Translations under genes and position numbers: made by a program
Shown here: one piece after another, positions 14,145-49,984 of the stretch
Layout of the letters: each line of letters opens with the position of its first letter
How positions within the stretch are numbered: position 1 is the stretch's first letter
Source of the DNA: Bugula neritina
Lineage: Eukaryota; Animalia; Bryozoa
DNA: 64,000 bases
Direction of reading: 5' to 3'
Assembly (NCBI GenBank): GCA_964035545.1
Contig: OZ037770.1
Span: 4,062,662-4,126,661 of the forward strand
Notes under the pieces: generated by a model
Database searches by the model: none
What the model saw: the letters and a program-made list of their open reading frames with translations, nothing else
Told to the model about the DNA's origin: nothing

Positions 14145-15219
14145 ATATAAAAGCATTTGTAGTCTACGTGAATGCTAGACAAGCTATTTGTTGTAGAGTA
14201 GGCAGTGAGCAAAGTGTGAGAAACAGAGATCTTTGGCTTTAAATATCTGCAAGTTAATAGTAGTTCAGTTCTTTCGGTGAAAGTTCACAGATTTGTTTTG
14301 TATGCAATCTAAATATATTTCGACAGGCATTACAGAACAGTCTCGTATGAATTTCTTTTATTTTTTTTTACACTGATATTGTATTTTGCTGTTTCCAGTC
14401 GTTTTAGTTACGAAGGGCTACTTTTACCAGCTGACACAAGCACTTGTTTTGTAATGCAGTGTATAAAACTAGAAGTTGAGTTTCGCACATTCTATTGCAA
14501 TATTTTGGTACTTTATTAGCCTGCTTGAAAGATGAATAACTTGCAGATGTATATAAATAAAATTTGACAGATTTTATAATTGCTATTTTTAGATTATAAA
14601 TTTATTATTTTAATTACAGGTTACTGAAGGTTGATTTTAACATGCCAATTGGAAATATTATACAAGAAAACGTGAGCTGTTATTTTTAGATTATGGATTG
14701 ATTATTGCAGTCACCAAGTATACTGAAGTTGAATTCTAAAAGACCTTGAAAACCATTTAAAAGCAAACATTTTAACATAATATATTCGAATAAAATTTAT
14801 TGATAAAATATGAAGAGCAAACTTTGATATACTAGCAAGCTAATTGATATAATAATATTGATAACATGGCAGTTAGAACATGTGCTTGAGGCTTAACCTA
14901 GTCAGAACTTAGTGTCACATCAAAATAGAAGGAATAATGAAATTGGCTAAATAAAAGGAGTGATATAAGTAGAGATTGGTAATGTTTAAAAAAGCATAAA
15001 ATCAACTGTTACAGTATATTAATAACAAATAGTATAATATAGCAATCTCTATACTGTAGGTATAATTAAAATATAGCAGTTAAAAGTCTTTGTTAGGTAG
15101 TGTGGCTGTCAAGTAATAGTAAACAAGTCACACAGACTCGCTCTTATATGTTTGAAGTCAATAATCTTAAATAGTTAAATAAAGCTTTGTGTAGCTTCAA
15201 ATAGGAGTTATGTACTGAG

Positions 15220-36656
<21,437 letters not shown>

Positions 36657-36669
<13 letters not shown>

Positions 36670-36713
36670 GGTTACTAAAGTTTTTACTGCTGATTCATTT
36701 CAATTCTGTACAT
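36657..36713 (-). CDS. Start-codon exon (ATG at 36669, MATD)
   Basis: ttttag acceptor, strong context aaccATGG, gtgagt donor in phase 1. Confidence 0.7.
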
Positions 36714-37109
36714 CTAAAAGTAGGCAGCCCCACCTATACAACAGGTATAAAATAAAGAGGTTTTATGATATAAACAATTGCTGATTTCAATTATATCAAT
36801 GAACTTGCCAATTCCTATCAAGATTAGATGTATAATCAGTCAAGATAGATAAACTAATCAACTCTCTAAGTCTATGCGTATATGTTTATATATATGTGTG
36901 TATATATATACTTTGGTAAATTATAGGTCTGTAGCTGGGTAGGTATGTAGGCATTTAGCTATATGTAGGTATTTATGTATGTAGGTATTTAGCTATGTAG
37001 GTATTTATGTATGTAGGTAAGTATTTAGGTAGGTAGCTATAGGTACGTAGGTAGGTATGAATTAAGGCCTACAAACTCCTGCTTAGGTAACAGCTGTATA
37101 CTCACTCAC

Positions 37110-37232
37110 CTGCATTGTAAAAAGGTGGTTGGTAACTCATCTGGCTGGACTGGACACCAGATATGACTTTGAATCAATACTCTGTATCTCTTTGTCTCAC
37201 TGCTTTATGAAGTTACAGATTGTACTGAAGTC
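37110..37232 (-). other. Candidate 5' UTR exon of the ROCO-caspase gene
   Basis: cattttag acceptor and consensus cag|gtgagt donor. Confidence 0.4.
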
Positions 37233-39402
37233 CTAAAATGGCTGTAATAGAAACTCATATAATCTAGTATGATACAATAATTTTTTACAAGGTTTTGCAA
37301 TTAACTTGAAAAAAAAATGCAAACCTGAAAATAATAGATTATCTGCAATATTTTTAGCTGCTATTATTAAGCACTTTATTCATAAAACTGTATAATAGTC
37401 AACAGTTAATTAACTATTGCACTAAATTAGTGAAGTTGGAACAATAAGGTAGAAAACATAACTCCTTGTAAATACTAGAGAAGAGAGTATCTTGAAATGT
37501 GTAGAAATAACTTTATTGTAGATAGCAATATCTAAAAGTTGTCTGTATCTGGTGAGCTCCAGCCTTAGATTCACTCTACACTACAAGCTCCCCTCTTTCT
37601 CTACTTAAGAAACAGTCCTTTCAAATATTTTTACCAATTTTCAGTTTAAAATATCTCATGTCAGATGTGATGGAATCTCCGATAGAACGCCGACACTCCG
37701 ACATGATCGCCATTGGTCAGATCGGACAAGTCAGAGCTTTGACTCAACGAAGACTGAAATTTCTGATATGCCCGATGTTAGACAAAGACTGGTTTACAAA
37801 ATTAGAAGAGACCAAAAAAGAATAAGAATTTTCTTGTGCTGGGCTAAACAATAGTAAAGTAAAAAATAACTCCAAAAGTCCCTCCACTCACTTCCCATCG
37901 AAAAGTATCTCTTTTCTATAACTGTCAAGAACGACACACGGAGAAACAAGATGCAAAGAATAAAATATTAGAATTAAAAAAAAGTTATTACACACCCTTA
38001 ATGCAAAGAAACAAAGTCACACTCACACATACACAATGAGATAAAACCAAATTCACAAGCTACCACTGGATTGAATAATGAATTAGGTAAGAATATTGTC
38101 CATATATAATTATACAAGAGGACATATTACCGTCACCTCTCTGCTCGGTGCTGAAGGCGAGAGACATGTCGCTTGAGGTAGAATAACATCTCCTGATGAC
38201 AGTACATCGGCCGCCTCAGCTGACATGCTTTGCATTTGTAGGAGCTACATTTGCTGCTAGAGTAGCATTGCTGTTTCTTGACTTTTTATTCTGTGTTGTT
38301 GTTGTCTGCTTTGGTACTGGACTGCCGTTCACCCGAAGTTGGGTTGCTGCTGACTAGGTGGCAGTGGCTGAGATGTTCTTCTCGTTGGTCTTGCCAATTG
38401 TTGGCTGGCAGGCCAAAAACTCTAAAGCAAGAGCTGCCTGTTTGTGGGGTTTCCCACGTGTTGCGAGATTAGGTCTCGGAACTTGGGGAATATGGCCTCA
38501 CCAACCACAAGCATCTCGCCCGTGTGGTAATGGGCTATTTGCTAGTGGGGTAGTATCAAAATCTGTTGGTAGGAATACTTACTACATGGGCAAAAAACAC
38601 TGGTGACATGGTGACAAACGTGCACACCCATTCTCCGGTGGGTGGAAAACCTCCACTTGCACTGATGAAATTTGACATTACCCTACTCGCCACACATTCG
38701 ATAAATCCGGAGTCGAGTCTTGCTGGTTGTCCAGTGCCGCTGCAAGGTGAGGAGCGTGTGTAGCCTTAAAACTTCACTGCCTTTCTCTTCGCCATCAGGT
38801 TAATTGGTGGTAGCTGCCCTACCGTCCAGGATGGTCTTTTCCTCTCCTTCAGACTGTCGCAGATCTACAGGGTTAAAGACAGACTTACCTGGGATGGCTG
38901 GGGAGACCACTTTGAGCTGTTATTAGCCGTGCCAGAGTTTTGAGGAAGGTGGGAGTCAATGGCAACTGAATACACACAATTAGCTCAGGCACACATAGGA
39001 GAGTCATCAACCCTGCCTCCTAATCTAGAAGGTAACCATGCAGACACCCTCCTTCTAGTTCTACCCGAGCATCCTCAAAATCTACCAACTCAGTTAAAAT
39101 CCAACCGATTGTTTAATGAGTAACTTAAGTTGTGCTAGACTCCTAAAGCAAAATATCTAGCGTTAAAGAAATACCTGGCTGACTAAAGGTAGTGTTTTCT
39201 GGCAGAGTAAATCTCATGCCGTGGCAACAGTAATCCGAAAAAACACGTCTGCGCTTGTTGGGGAGTCTTTAGTTAAAGTGACCAAACCACATGTTATCAG
39301 GTTTTCATCTGACAAATCCGTGGTAACGTGACATGTCACCCAGTCCACTAAATATCACAAGAACAACTCTGAAGAGTGAAGTTCCTTTGAATTTGGACAC
39401 TG

Positions 39403-39827
39403 TGTAGTAATTTTGTGGGTTTGTTAGAAATAGATTAAGCAGTCTGCACGCCAGTACTATTCTTTGCTAAATAAAAGTCTCTGATGATTTAATATAATAG
39501 TCTTTATTAATTATTAGATGTTTCCTCAGAGAGATCCAGCCTAAGACTGCCTTGGCACTGGAAATTCTTTTTCTTATATATCAGCAAAATTTCCCGCTAC
39601 TTCGGGTGTTCGAAACTCGGTCAAGACTCGGAGTTCCCCTGGTCGAAGTCGGAAGGGTCTGTCCGAGATCGAACAGACCTCTCTAAAGTCGCATCTTCGG
39701 GCCCTGATCTCGGTCGAGTTTCGGCTCACGTAACTTGTCAAATGTTTATTTAATAAAAAATTTGGCGGGGGAATACAACTCTGAAAATATAGCACTTGTA
39801 CAACAGCATCTCCACAATTCTATTACA
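39403..39827 (-). mobile_element. 3' LTR of a second Gypsy family
   Basis: TGTAGTA..TATTACA ends, adjacent PPT (poly-C on + strand at ~39832-39844). Confidence 0.65.
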
Positions 39828-41620
39828 CTCACCCCCCCCCCTCCATCAGAAAGCACCCTTTCCGATAATAAAAATAAAAAAAAAATCTTAGCCGAGTGAG
39901 GAAAGTACAAATATATAAAATATCAGCACTATTAAAAAAATATATATGTAAACTTGGCACGATCTAGCAGATTGCTAGTAACAAAGTGAGTAGTGGCCAC
40001 TAGTTGCGGTGATCGGTCTTTGAACGCTCTAGGTTGTCCAGGCGGCGTCAGGCAGATCGCAGGTCGTCATCTACGCGCCGTAACTAGCGCCTGAGGCAGA
40101 CGACCTCCCGCTCATGTAGGCACCGTACTCTGTGTGCTGCCGCTAGAGCTGAAGCTGGGTTCCTGGTTTCCTGCTATCGCCTCTTTTTACGTCCGGCGAC
40201 CTTGGGGGTTTGAATTCTGCTGCCGTCGACTCGAGCCAGCATGACCCAGAGAGGCTGGGTGGCTGCTGGTCGGGTTGCTGGGGTCGTCTCCTCGTCTGTA
40301 CTTTCCAGTATGGGCCGGCACGCCGGGAACCCTAGGGCGAGCATGGCGCGTTTGTAGAGGTCGCAGACGTGGGCAGAATGAGATCCCGGAACTCGGAGAA
40401 GCTCTCTGTATCTACTATAAATATCTGGCCTGTGTAGCAGCAGGCTATGCTTTGATGACGCAACACATAGTCCCACTGGAAAAAAAATTTCCCACACAAA
40501 CAGAAGACATTCGTGTAATGCTGGAGCGCATGTACACGCAGTCGCCGGGTAGTAGAACATTTTCTACCACACTGGCGGCAGTTGTCTACCTCTTCACAGT
40601 TGTCTTCAATTTATTGTCTGGTCTCAGTGGTGATTCAGTGCAGGCGCTCAGTCAGTATCTGGGAAAGTGCTAGTTGATGATATGCAGGTTCCTCCTTGGT
40701 ATGGGCGCTCTCACTAGGCTGCTCATCTTCCTCAGACAGGGGTTTGTTGGCTGGAGTGTTGGTGGCCTCGTCTAGGTGGACAGGGGAGGATGGATCTGGC
40801 CGAAGAGCTCCCTTTGGGCTGGTAGTAGCCGCGTCTGGGGTCACCAGGGGTGGAGAGTCGGTATGACGCGCCCCAACCTTGTCCCATCCCATGACTTCTG
40901 CAATAGAGAGTACAGGCCATGACTGGCCAATTCTACTGACGCCAAAATTCGGCATCTCGTTATAAGAAACTCTACGACGAAGCGGTAAATCAGGTGATAC
41001 TTGGAGAGTCACCTCCTGGTCTAGCAGGTAGTCATGGACTGGGGCCTCCCCTAAATCTATCTGACACTTTTTGTCATCGAACAGATTGGTTTCCAACTGA
41101 TAATCAGGTGAAAACGAATTGAAGGAACTACTATACTCCGTGAAAGGAGGTTCTAGTATAACAGAAATACCTGATTGCGCACTAGCTTTGGTGTGAGTTT
41201 AAATTTTCTCCATTTCAAGTTTATTTTCTAATCTTGGTGGACAAACACGTCTTTTTCTTTCAAAGTTGGAGTTAGAATGGCCGAGTCTTAAATTTCAATT
41301 TCAAAACTTGCGGAGTTGCCGATCACGTGACTGGTCAATTGGTCAACTAAATTTGACAACTCCGGGTGTCGGTATACCTCCGAACTTCGGCACGGTTCTT
41401 TATTAAATTTTAATTTGTTTGTGGGTAGCATGGTGTTATGATTTGGGCTTCTACCCGTGTTAGGTAAACAACTCGCTGACTGGGGTCCAATCGAATGCCC
41501 TACATCATAATCAGCCAAATATTTTAGAGGACTTTTATCTCTTCTACCTCTTTCTATGATGTTAGGCACTGGTGTGTGTGTCTGGCTGATCATGGGTGTC
41601 TTCTATTGAAAGTGCCTCTT

Positions 41621-42376
41621 CACAGGATAGTTAAGGGCAATCTTTTAGCTGCAACTGCCTTGCTGAGGTTTGCATTGTAATCATATAAGAATTCAGTACC
41701 AGTAAAATAAAATCTCACCTAATTGTGCTAGAGTCAAAATTTAAAAGCTATGTTGTAGATCTTCTTTTTCCCCAGTGCAAATTTTTTGGAAATTCCAATT
41801 TTCATTTCTTTTGCAAAGTTATAGACAAGAAACTGCCCAATTTTGGCCAATTTTGCCTGAAAAGCCGACTTTTCAGTACCAGTAAAATATCTCAGCAGCA
41901 AAAGATGATATCTGAATAAAAATTGCACTGCTAGAATCCTGAGATATTTCTCCAGTGCAAGTTTTTTTCATTTTTCAATAACTCTGCTAGATTGCCCATA
42001 AATTGGTGATTTATACACTGAAAATGCCATATTTTTTCATAAGAAACTAGCAGCGCGCAGCACTTCACGCTTCAATAAGCACGTAGGGATGAGAAGGTAT
42101 TGGCGCGTACATAATAATTACAGGCTTGCTAGCTGGCAAGCTATAATGAATAGCTCACTTTGTACTTTGTTTATGTAGCACCCATAATGGAATGTTGATA
42201 GATAACGCAGCCCTAACGAAGGTTGCTGCTTATTGGTTGTAGTTCAATCTTAGGCTAAACAATTACAAGTAGGCAACACGCATACCACCCGCAGAGCAAT
42301 ATTATTCAAGAACCTGAACTACATTTTGAGAGAAATTTATGATATTCTTAGTGAGGATGCCCTTAACTATCCTGTG
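41621..42376. mobile_element. Non-autonomous CACTA/EnSpm-like element inserted in the Gypsy integrase tail
   Basis: TIRs CACAGGATAGTTAAGGGCA, 2-bp TT TSD. Confidence 0.8.
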
Positions 42377-45300
42377 TTTCGGGTTTTCTGGTGGTGATGG
42401 AATGTCTTCTGTTTGAGTGGTCACGAGGGGCAGACCTGGAATGAGAGGGTTTGGTGGTTGATTCTGGAACTGCGGTTCTGGGGTGTTGTTGACTTCCTCG
42501 GGGTCAGGAATGAATATTTCGCAGTTCTTGGGTCGATTCCTTCTTCCGCAAGATATGGTTGGTGGGCTGGTTCTAGCAATAGTGGTGCTTGTCCTGCAGC
42601 TTCCGGACTACCATAGTAGGGCTTTACCTGCTGCTCATTTTGGACGGATATCTGTCCCGAGCGCTCTACACAATTCGTGTGGTTGGGCAAAACCTCTACT
42701 ACACAGTAGGACTGACGGTTTTGGGCTGTAGTTTAGCCGACTGCCCGCGGCGCCTACGGTAGCTGACCATCCACACTCAGACTCCTTCTCGGTATAAGGA
42801 GGGTTCTTCGAAATCTTCTGTCCGTGCTGCTCACTGCTTCTCCCGCAAGGCTTTATGAGCTTTTCGCATAGTCCCTACCACTTTCTCTACGTATTCATGT
42901 GTGGGAAATTCAGGAGCTGGAACGTGGTACGTGAGATGTTCAAAAACTCTGGTTTCGCGGCCCAACATCAGCAGATTCGGTGTCTCATGCGTACTAGAGT
43001 GAGGTGTACTTTGATACGCCTGCATGATTTGTGGCAACATGACGTCCCACTCCTCTTGATATCTCCCCAACAGGAGGTTCCGGATAGCGTCACCCAGCAT
43101 CCGATTATTTCTTTCTACCACCCCGTTTCCTTGAGGGTGATATGGGGTGGTCCGGCTCTGATTCACTCCCCTTACTCTGCAGAGGTCTTCCATCAACTGG
43201 GATTGAAATTAGGTGTATCTGCTCCGGTAGGCCGAAGTAACAGAATTTGTATTGGTCCAGGGCCCGAGCTATTGTGGGTGCCGATGCATCGGGGATGGCC
43301 AGGGCGTCTGCCCACCGCGTGAAATGGTCTGTCAATAACAAATTCCAGGAGTTCCCCCTATCTGTTGTCGGCATTTGTCCTACAAGATTCGCAGCCACGA
43401 CCTGCCAGGGCCGGCTCGCATATAGCTGGCGCTGACTTGGCGCTGACCCTCAGTTTTGATGGGGCGCCTGTGTTTACTGACTTGACAGACCTCGCATTGC
43501 CAGATTCTTAGTCGCACATCCCTGGTCATTCTGGGTCAATAACATCGCATCTGCAAGCAACTGATGACCCGACTGGTTTCAGCATGGGCCTTTTTATGGG
43601 TATCCCAGATGAGTTCCCGACGGAGAGCGCGTGGGCATACGACACGATCTCTTTCCTGTTGTCGAATGTTTGCTGCGAGTGTCATCGTCAGGAGACAGTC
43701 TGAACAGATCTGAAAAGAATTCCAACGGCGGCAGAAAATATGCCGTTGCTGTTCTTCTGTGGGTCGTCCGCCTTCTTTTTTTGCCCTGAAGATATCAGCT
43801 ACCGCTCCAGGTAATTTCTCTTGCAGTCGACGCAGCTCATCGACATTCTGATACAGTGTAGGGTTAGCACGAATTGCCTGGACGTCATCTGAGTGGGTTT
43901 CGGGCCGAAGATGGCCGTGCTCCCAACGATAGATGTTGCCGTCTCCCAACTGTGCCTCCACGTCGAGGCGAGCGGGTCCCCCATCTTGTTTTTCGGTGTG
44001 CAGGTATTACTCGCAGTCCTCTACCAGCCGGCGACTTATGCCGTCGACGTTCCCAGGTTTCTTGCCAGCACAGTGCTCTATTCAGAAGAAGAACTCTGCA
44101 TAAATCTCCAGCCAGAGAGCTACCTGACTCGAGTGCTCAGCACGTTTGCACAGCCACATCAGAGACGCATGGCCCGTTCGTAATCTGAACGTTCTCCCAT
44201 ACAGATGTGGCCGGAAGATTTTGACCGCCCTCGCTTTTGCTAGGAGCTTCTTTCTAGTAGTGCAGTAGTTCTTTTCGGCGGCCGCAAGAGTCTTCCTGTA
44301 ATGAGCAACAACCACCTCGCTTTCATCCTGGCCCTGAGACAGAACAGCTCCCACACTGTGGTCGCTGGTGTTTGGTGTCCAGGTTGTATTCTTTGGCTAA
44401 ATCAGGGTATGCCAGAATTGGCGCCTCCATTAGCCGTTGTTTGAGGTGGTCGAATGCCTGCTGCTCGTCCTGTGTCCACTGCCACTGAATTTCCTTGACG
44501 GTTAGCTGATTCAAAGGGTGAGCCACTCCTGCAAACCCGAGTACGTACTGCTTGTAGTACCCTATCAGGCCCAGGAATTCCTGCAATTCGGAAAGGCCCA
44601 GGAGACAGCCCACTCCTTCACAGCCTGTACCTTCTCTGCATTGGTGGCAATCCCGTCACGCCTAACAACATGGCCCAGGTACGTAATTTCTTGCTGCAGG
44701 AGTGCACACTTAGAGGGCTTCAACTTCAGTCCAGCAGCCCGGAGGCGGTCAAAGACTTCCAGCAGACGACTGATATGAGTCATCAAGTGTGGGAAGATAA
44801 CAATGACATCATCTAGATAAATTAGGAGAGTTTTCCAGTGTAGACTACTAAGGACCTGCCTCATGGGCCGTTGAAAAGTCGCCGGGCAGACGCAAGTCCG
44901 AATGGCAGTACTTTTCACTTCCAGAGCCCATCGTGAGTAATGAATGCTGCCTTGTCCTGGGCTTCAGGACTGAGGGGTACTTGCCAGTACCCGCTGAGCA
45001 GATCCAAATTACTGAAGTACTTGGTTCCCGCGAGGGCATCCAAAGACTCATCTATCCGTGAGAGAGGGTAGGCGTCCTTGATGATAACGCTGTTGAGTCT
45101 GCGGTAGTCTACACAGAACATCCAGCTACCATCTTTCTTCTTGACCAGAACGACTGGAGAGCTTTACGCACCGTGGGCAGGCTCAAACAGGTTCCGGTCT
45201 AGAAGACATTGCACTTGTCGGCTCAATTCCTTCTCCTTTTCTGGGCCCAGACGTCGGGTTGGCTGTCGAATGGGGGTGGTGCCGGCTGCTAGAAGTATCT

Positions 45301-47520
45301 CGTGAGAGATAACCTTAGTCAGCCCTATGTCCTAATCGCCGCGGCTGAAGACATCACTGTACTCCGCGAGTAGTTGAGCCAGTACTTGGCGTTCACTACT
45401 ACTCGTACAGTTCCCGCATGCTCCACCATAAAGGTCAGCCACATGTTCCGGGACTGTTCCTCGACTAGTGCGAGGTGAATTTACTTGGGTGTCGGCCACT
45501 GTCTCTAGTGCCGGCCCCATATCGACTTCTTGAATAGAGTGGTACTTCTCCACCAGCGCTCCAGCCAATAATGGGATCGATTCCGTGAAGGGGTTGATGC
45601 ACTGCACAAGGAGCTTTCTCTGACAGTCCAGCCAATTCAGGCTGTTTGCTAGTCAAATTGCTACGTGCATTCCCTCCACCGCCCCCAGGTCAGCGATCTC
45701 CTTGCAGTTGACTCTACATCGGAGAGTAGCCTGGGACCTTCCTGGAATTGTGCAGTCCCACACTACCCAGAATCCGCCCACCAAGGGCCTACCAAACTTT
45801 TCCACACAAGCAAGTTTTTTCCCAGCCATCACCACCGCCGACTTCTGGAAATCTATGTGACACTAGTGTTTCTCCAGAAATGGCATTTCCAGGATGGCGT
45901 CTTCCTTCAGGTGGCTGACGATGAAGGTCTCGTGAATCACTTGATCACGGGCTTGTCTAGGTAGCGTGATATTGCTGTAGAAGGGAATTCATGATCCATT
46001 CGCCAACGTACCATGTGCTTCCTCATATGGCTCGAGGCTTGCCCGCTTTTGGGCACCAAGGTGTCAGGGTCGGTCAGTCTCTGGGGGAGACACTTCTTGG
46101 GTCCTCACAGCGCGCCTCGTCTTTGTCTTATAGACAACAGGGGTTTTTCGAGGCTGTGAGAATAGCTTTGGATACTCTTGCGAGTAAGCTGAATCTTCCT
46201 TCAGAGCCTCTTCGGGCAACCCCGGGAACCAATTTTGGAGTGGCCAGGCCGGAGGATCGAGTAAACCTTGCGGTCTCTGAGAACTCCGAGGTGCCTGCCA
46301 CTCAGCATCAGCGGGCCTTAAAGAGGCTCCTTGGGTCATCTTCTCCCGGTTGGCGGAAGTTACCGTGAGCCTTGGGTGTTTAAAAACACCCTCTTTTCCT
46401 GGGGACACTGACTCCGCACATTTCCCCTGGCACCGCAACTCAACAGGTGAGATGCGAAGAACTGCTTGATTTGTCCCAAAGTCTGAGCGCACGCTTATCA
46501 GTTTGTTCTTGTTGCATCCTTTTCATCTCTGCCTGGAAATATTTTACCATGTCCATCAACATGGTGAGTCGGTCAGGTGAAGGGGTAGCAGTAGCAGCGG
46601 CAACGATCTGCGGGCTCGGCGGTTCCGGCTTTGTGACTTCGAGTTGTTCCTCAACCTGATTGGCGGTGACATCTGCCCCCGGGGGTCCCTCTATCTGGTA
46701 ATAGGCCTTTCACAGAGTCAGGGCTTCTTCGGTGGTGGTGCCTTTTGCTGCCAGTTAGTACCGTTGCAACCCAGGGTTGTTGACGGTGTGAAAGAAGGCC
46801 TCGTACACAGCGCTTCTTTGTGCTTTAGGGTCATCATTACCATAGGCTCAAGGAGTCGCATTGGCGCTAGCAATTTGTCGATGGTGGCCGCATTTTCAAA
46901 CATGAACGTGTCTGCAGATGCCGCCTGCCCAGTCCGGCTGACATCTCATGGGACTCTAACCAATGTCTTCGTTGTGAGGGCTTCTTTTTCTGGCCGTTCT
47001 CCCTCTGCACTGCTTATCCTGCCCTTCTGTCTCTCTATTTAAGACCACCTAATTGTTCTAAAATTCCACCGCTGCTACCAATGTATTAATTTGGTGTAGT
47101 TAGAACAATTAAGTGGAGAACATAACTTCTTGTATTTAATAGGGAGAAGTGGGTATCTTGAAAGGTGTAGAGATATATTTATTATAGATAGCAATTTTCA
47201 AGAGTGGTTTTCATCTGGTGAGCTCCGGCATTTGGATAGCTCTACACTGCGAGCTCGCTTCCTCATGCACTCCGGAAACATTTTTTCCAGAATACTCTAT
47301 TGATCTTTGGCCAAAAATTGATTATGTCGGAGTCTTCAATCGGATGCCAGACACTTCAACATGACTAACATTGATCCTGTCGCATGTGTCGAAGCTCCGA
47401 TTCGATTGTCCAACACTCTGACATGCTAAATCTCAGACAAAGACCGTTTGTTTCAGCATACAAAAATGAAAGGGTGCACCAAAAGAATTTTGTTGCTGTG
47501 CTAGGTTAAATAATAGTACA

Positions 47521-47782
47521 GTGATATACTGAAAAATACTGTAATAAATTGTAATATACCGATCCATACTGTACTATACTGTAATTATACACTGTAATAT
47601 ACTGTAACAGACTGTAATATACTAAAAAATACTGCAATACACTGTAACACACTGCAATATACCGTGTTATAGTGTAATACACTGTAAAACATTGTCAGCC
47701 AATGTAACATCCAGTAATATTCTGTTGGATATGGCGATGCAATGTAATAGACTGTAATTTATACTTCAATTTACTGAAATAT
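47521..47782. repeat. ~10-bp minisatellite (ACTGTAATAT), continued at 57756-57900
   Basis: Direct inspection; split by the 47783-57755 insertion. Confidence 0.85.
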
Positions 47783-49984
47783 CACAGCTTGATTAAGGTC
47801 ATCCTTCTACTGAATCAGTAATTTCATTGCTCCATTATAATTATATATGAAACAGTGCCCAACTCATAACTCAATCAATTTTGAGTCTAGAAACAAAATT
47901 CAAAAACTATGTTGTATATCTCTTGCTGCTCTATTGGAACCTTTTTTAAAACTTTCACTTATGTCATCTGTTGCACTTTTATGCCCCAAAAACTACCAAA
48001 TTTTGCCCATTTTTGCTCAAAAAAACATGGTCTCAGTGCCCAAAAAATAATTCAATCCCTAATTGATATATCTTTGTGAAAATTGACCTATGGAGTGATA
48101 AGATATTTGTCTATTGGAACCTTTTCAAATTTTCTGCATAGCTTCAATAGGATAAGTGTAAACATGTAATTTATACACTGGTTTTATTAGAAATTTTGCT
48201 TCTCACTTAGTCTGCATGCTTGGTTGAACACGGTAGAGCTGCGCTGCATTGTAGCCATCATAATGATTACAGGGAGCTCACGCGGCCTATGATTCATGTT
48301 GTGCGCGCTAAACCAAAGGGTTAAAGTTCACCTCTGCAGTAAAATAATTAGGCGGTATGAGACTGGTTATTATATTATAGTAGCTATAGTAGTTAGAATC
48401 TTGGTGATGGCAATGTTGTTGTACTGCCTACAGCTGATACCCTATACAATGTGTAGTCTACTTTGAATCTAGATTAATTAGTTGTACTAAAATGAACCAA
48501 TTTCTGAAGTCTAACTAGGAAGCAGAGCTTCCAAGCTAGTGGTGTTCAAGTGTATACTCTATAGTTTATATCCTATATATTTTTAGTCCAAAACAGTTTA
48601 GTAATTATACAGCTTGCATGAGAGCCCAAGCACCTTATAATGCTAATGAAAGATAATAGCCACTGAGTTTTATAGCTTTTGTGTGTGATTTCAAAGCACA
48701 TTATTTTGTGGTTGTGTACAGCAATCCAAATTAAATTATTAATATATTATTTGTAACCAAGCTTATTGTATTGTTAATGCAAAATATTAAAAAAAATTCA
48801 GAATCTACAAAAATTGTTGGAGGAAATTTTTAATCAATTGAGTAGTAATTGCATAACTTTATTTTAAAAGTAATCTTATTACCAGGTGCATGAGTATACC
48901 AAGTCTGAGGTATGTGTAGTGATGAGGATATTGATAAATTAGACCCTATGTTGAGATGCAGCAAAAAAGTTTAGAGAGAATTTCAACCTGTTCTCAAATT
49001 AGCATCTTTTGACAAATTTAGGCTGTTTAAGCTTTTCTACTATTGCACCTATATATGTAGGCAACTTTTTATATCATGGTAATACAATTCTGGTATATGC
49101 TTGCAATTGAATAAGAAGTTTCTGATTGATACATAATTCTTGCAGCATGTAGCAGGCTTGCAATAGCTGTAAACCATTTTGCTAATGGCTCAAACAGTGG
49201 CCAGCCATTCATGTGCAGGGACAAGGTGCTGCTATTTTTCGCTGAAATGAGCTCATGGTTTGAATTTAAATGCTATATTACTTGTCACTGATAAGTAACA
49301 TAGTTAAGTTATTTTATAAAAACAGCTTTAAATAGTCAAATATGTAACCCGATTCAGCATGATGTAATGTCTATAATGAGTATTCAATTCACAATTTTTT
49401 TTAATACAATTGCATCTCAAATAACCATAACTATGGTGTTTGTGTATTTGAGTACAAGTTTCTGTACACATATACTGTTCATTTCCTTTACTCGCTTATA
49501 ACAATTTATAGTGTTGGTAGCTTACTAGGTTTTGCACTTTCAGTCTACTAATTCAGTAAGAGCTTCACTACAGTTTACACTTTAAAGCTAATGCAGCAGT
49601 ATACAGACCTCAGAAATACTAAGCCTAGCTTGTTTGTATTGAAGATGTGACTTCTAATCTAATTAGGTTACAACTAAAGGAGTGGAGTATAGTTGTGGTA
49701 TTATTAGGGGTGTTCAAAACTTTACCAATTATTTTTTTTTAAAAAAAGCAATAATAAAATAAATAAATAACTGTTTTTTTAAGTAAATTATTATTTTTAA
49801 AACAATAACTTTAATTTTATATCAATGACTAAATCGCATGCTATCACTATAATGCTTTCAAAAAGCACGTAGAACGTTTATAATTTACATCCACTCCTGG
49901 ATAGGCTACCCTAGTCATTCCACAGCTGCAGTGCGCTGCCTTCAAATAAACCGCTCTGTGTAATATAATACGTATAGCTATAAG

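Larger units (their letters stand above)
37418..47520 (-). mobile_element. Degenerate, mosaic Ty3/Gypsy LTR retrotransposon(s)
   Basis: 5' LTR 47082-47520 with PBS TGGTAGCAGCGGTGGAATT; broken gag-PR-RT ([12 protein letters not shown])-RH-IN at 41300-47040; diverged related LTR at ~37418-37858; a different LTR with PPT at 39403-39827. Confidence 0.88.

Noticed and set aside
47521-47782. ACTGTAATAT satellite matching the LRR exon acceptor sequence
   Set aside because: A 10-bp AT-rich match is expected by chance; no longer homology
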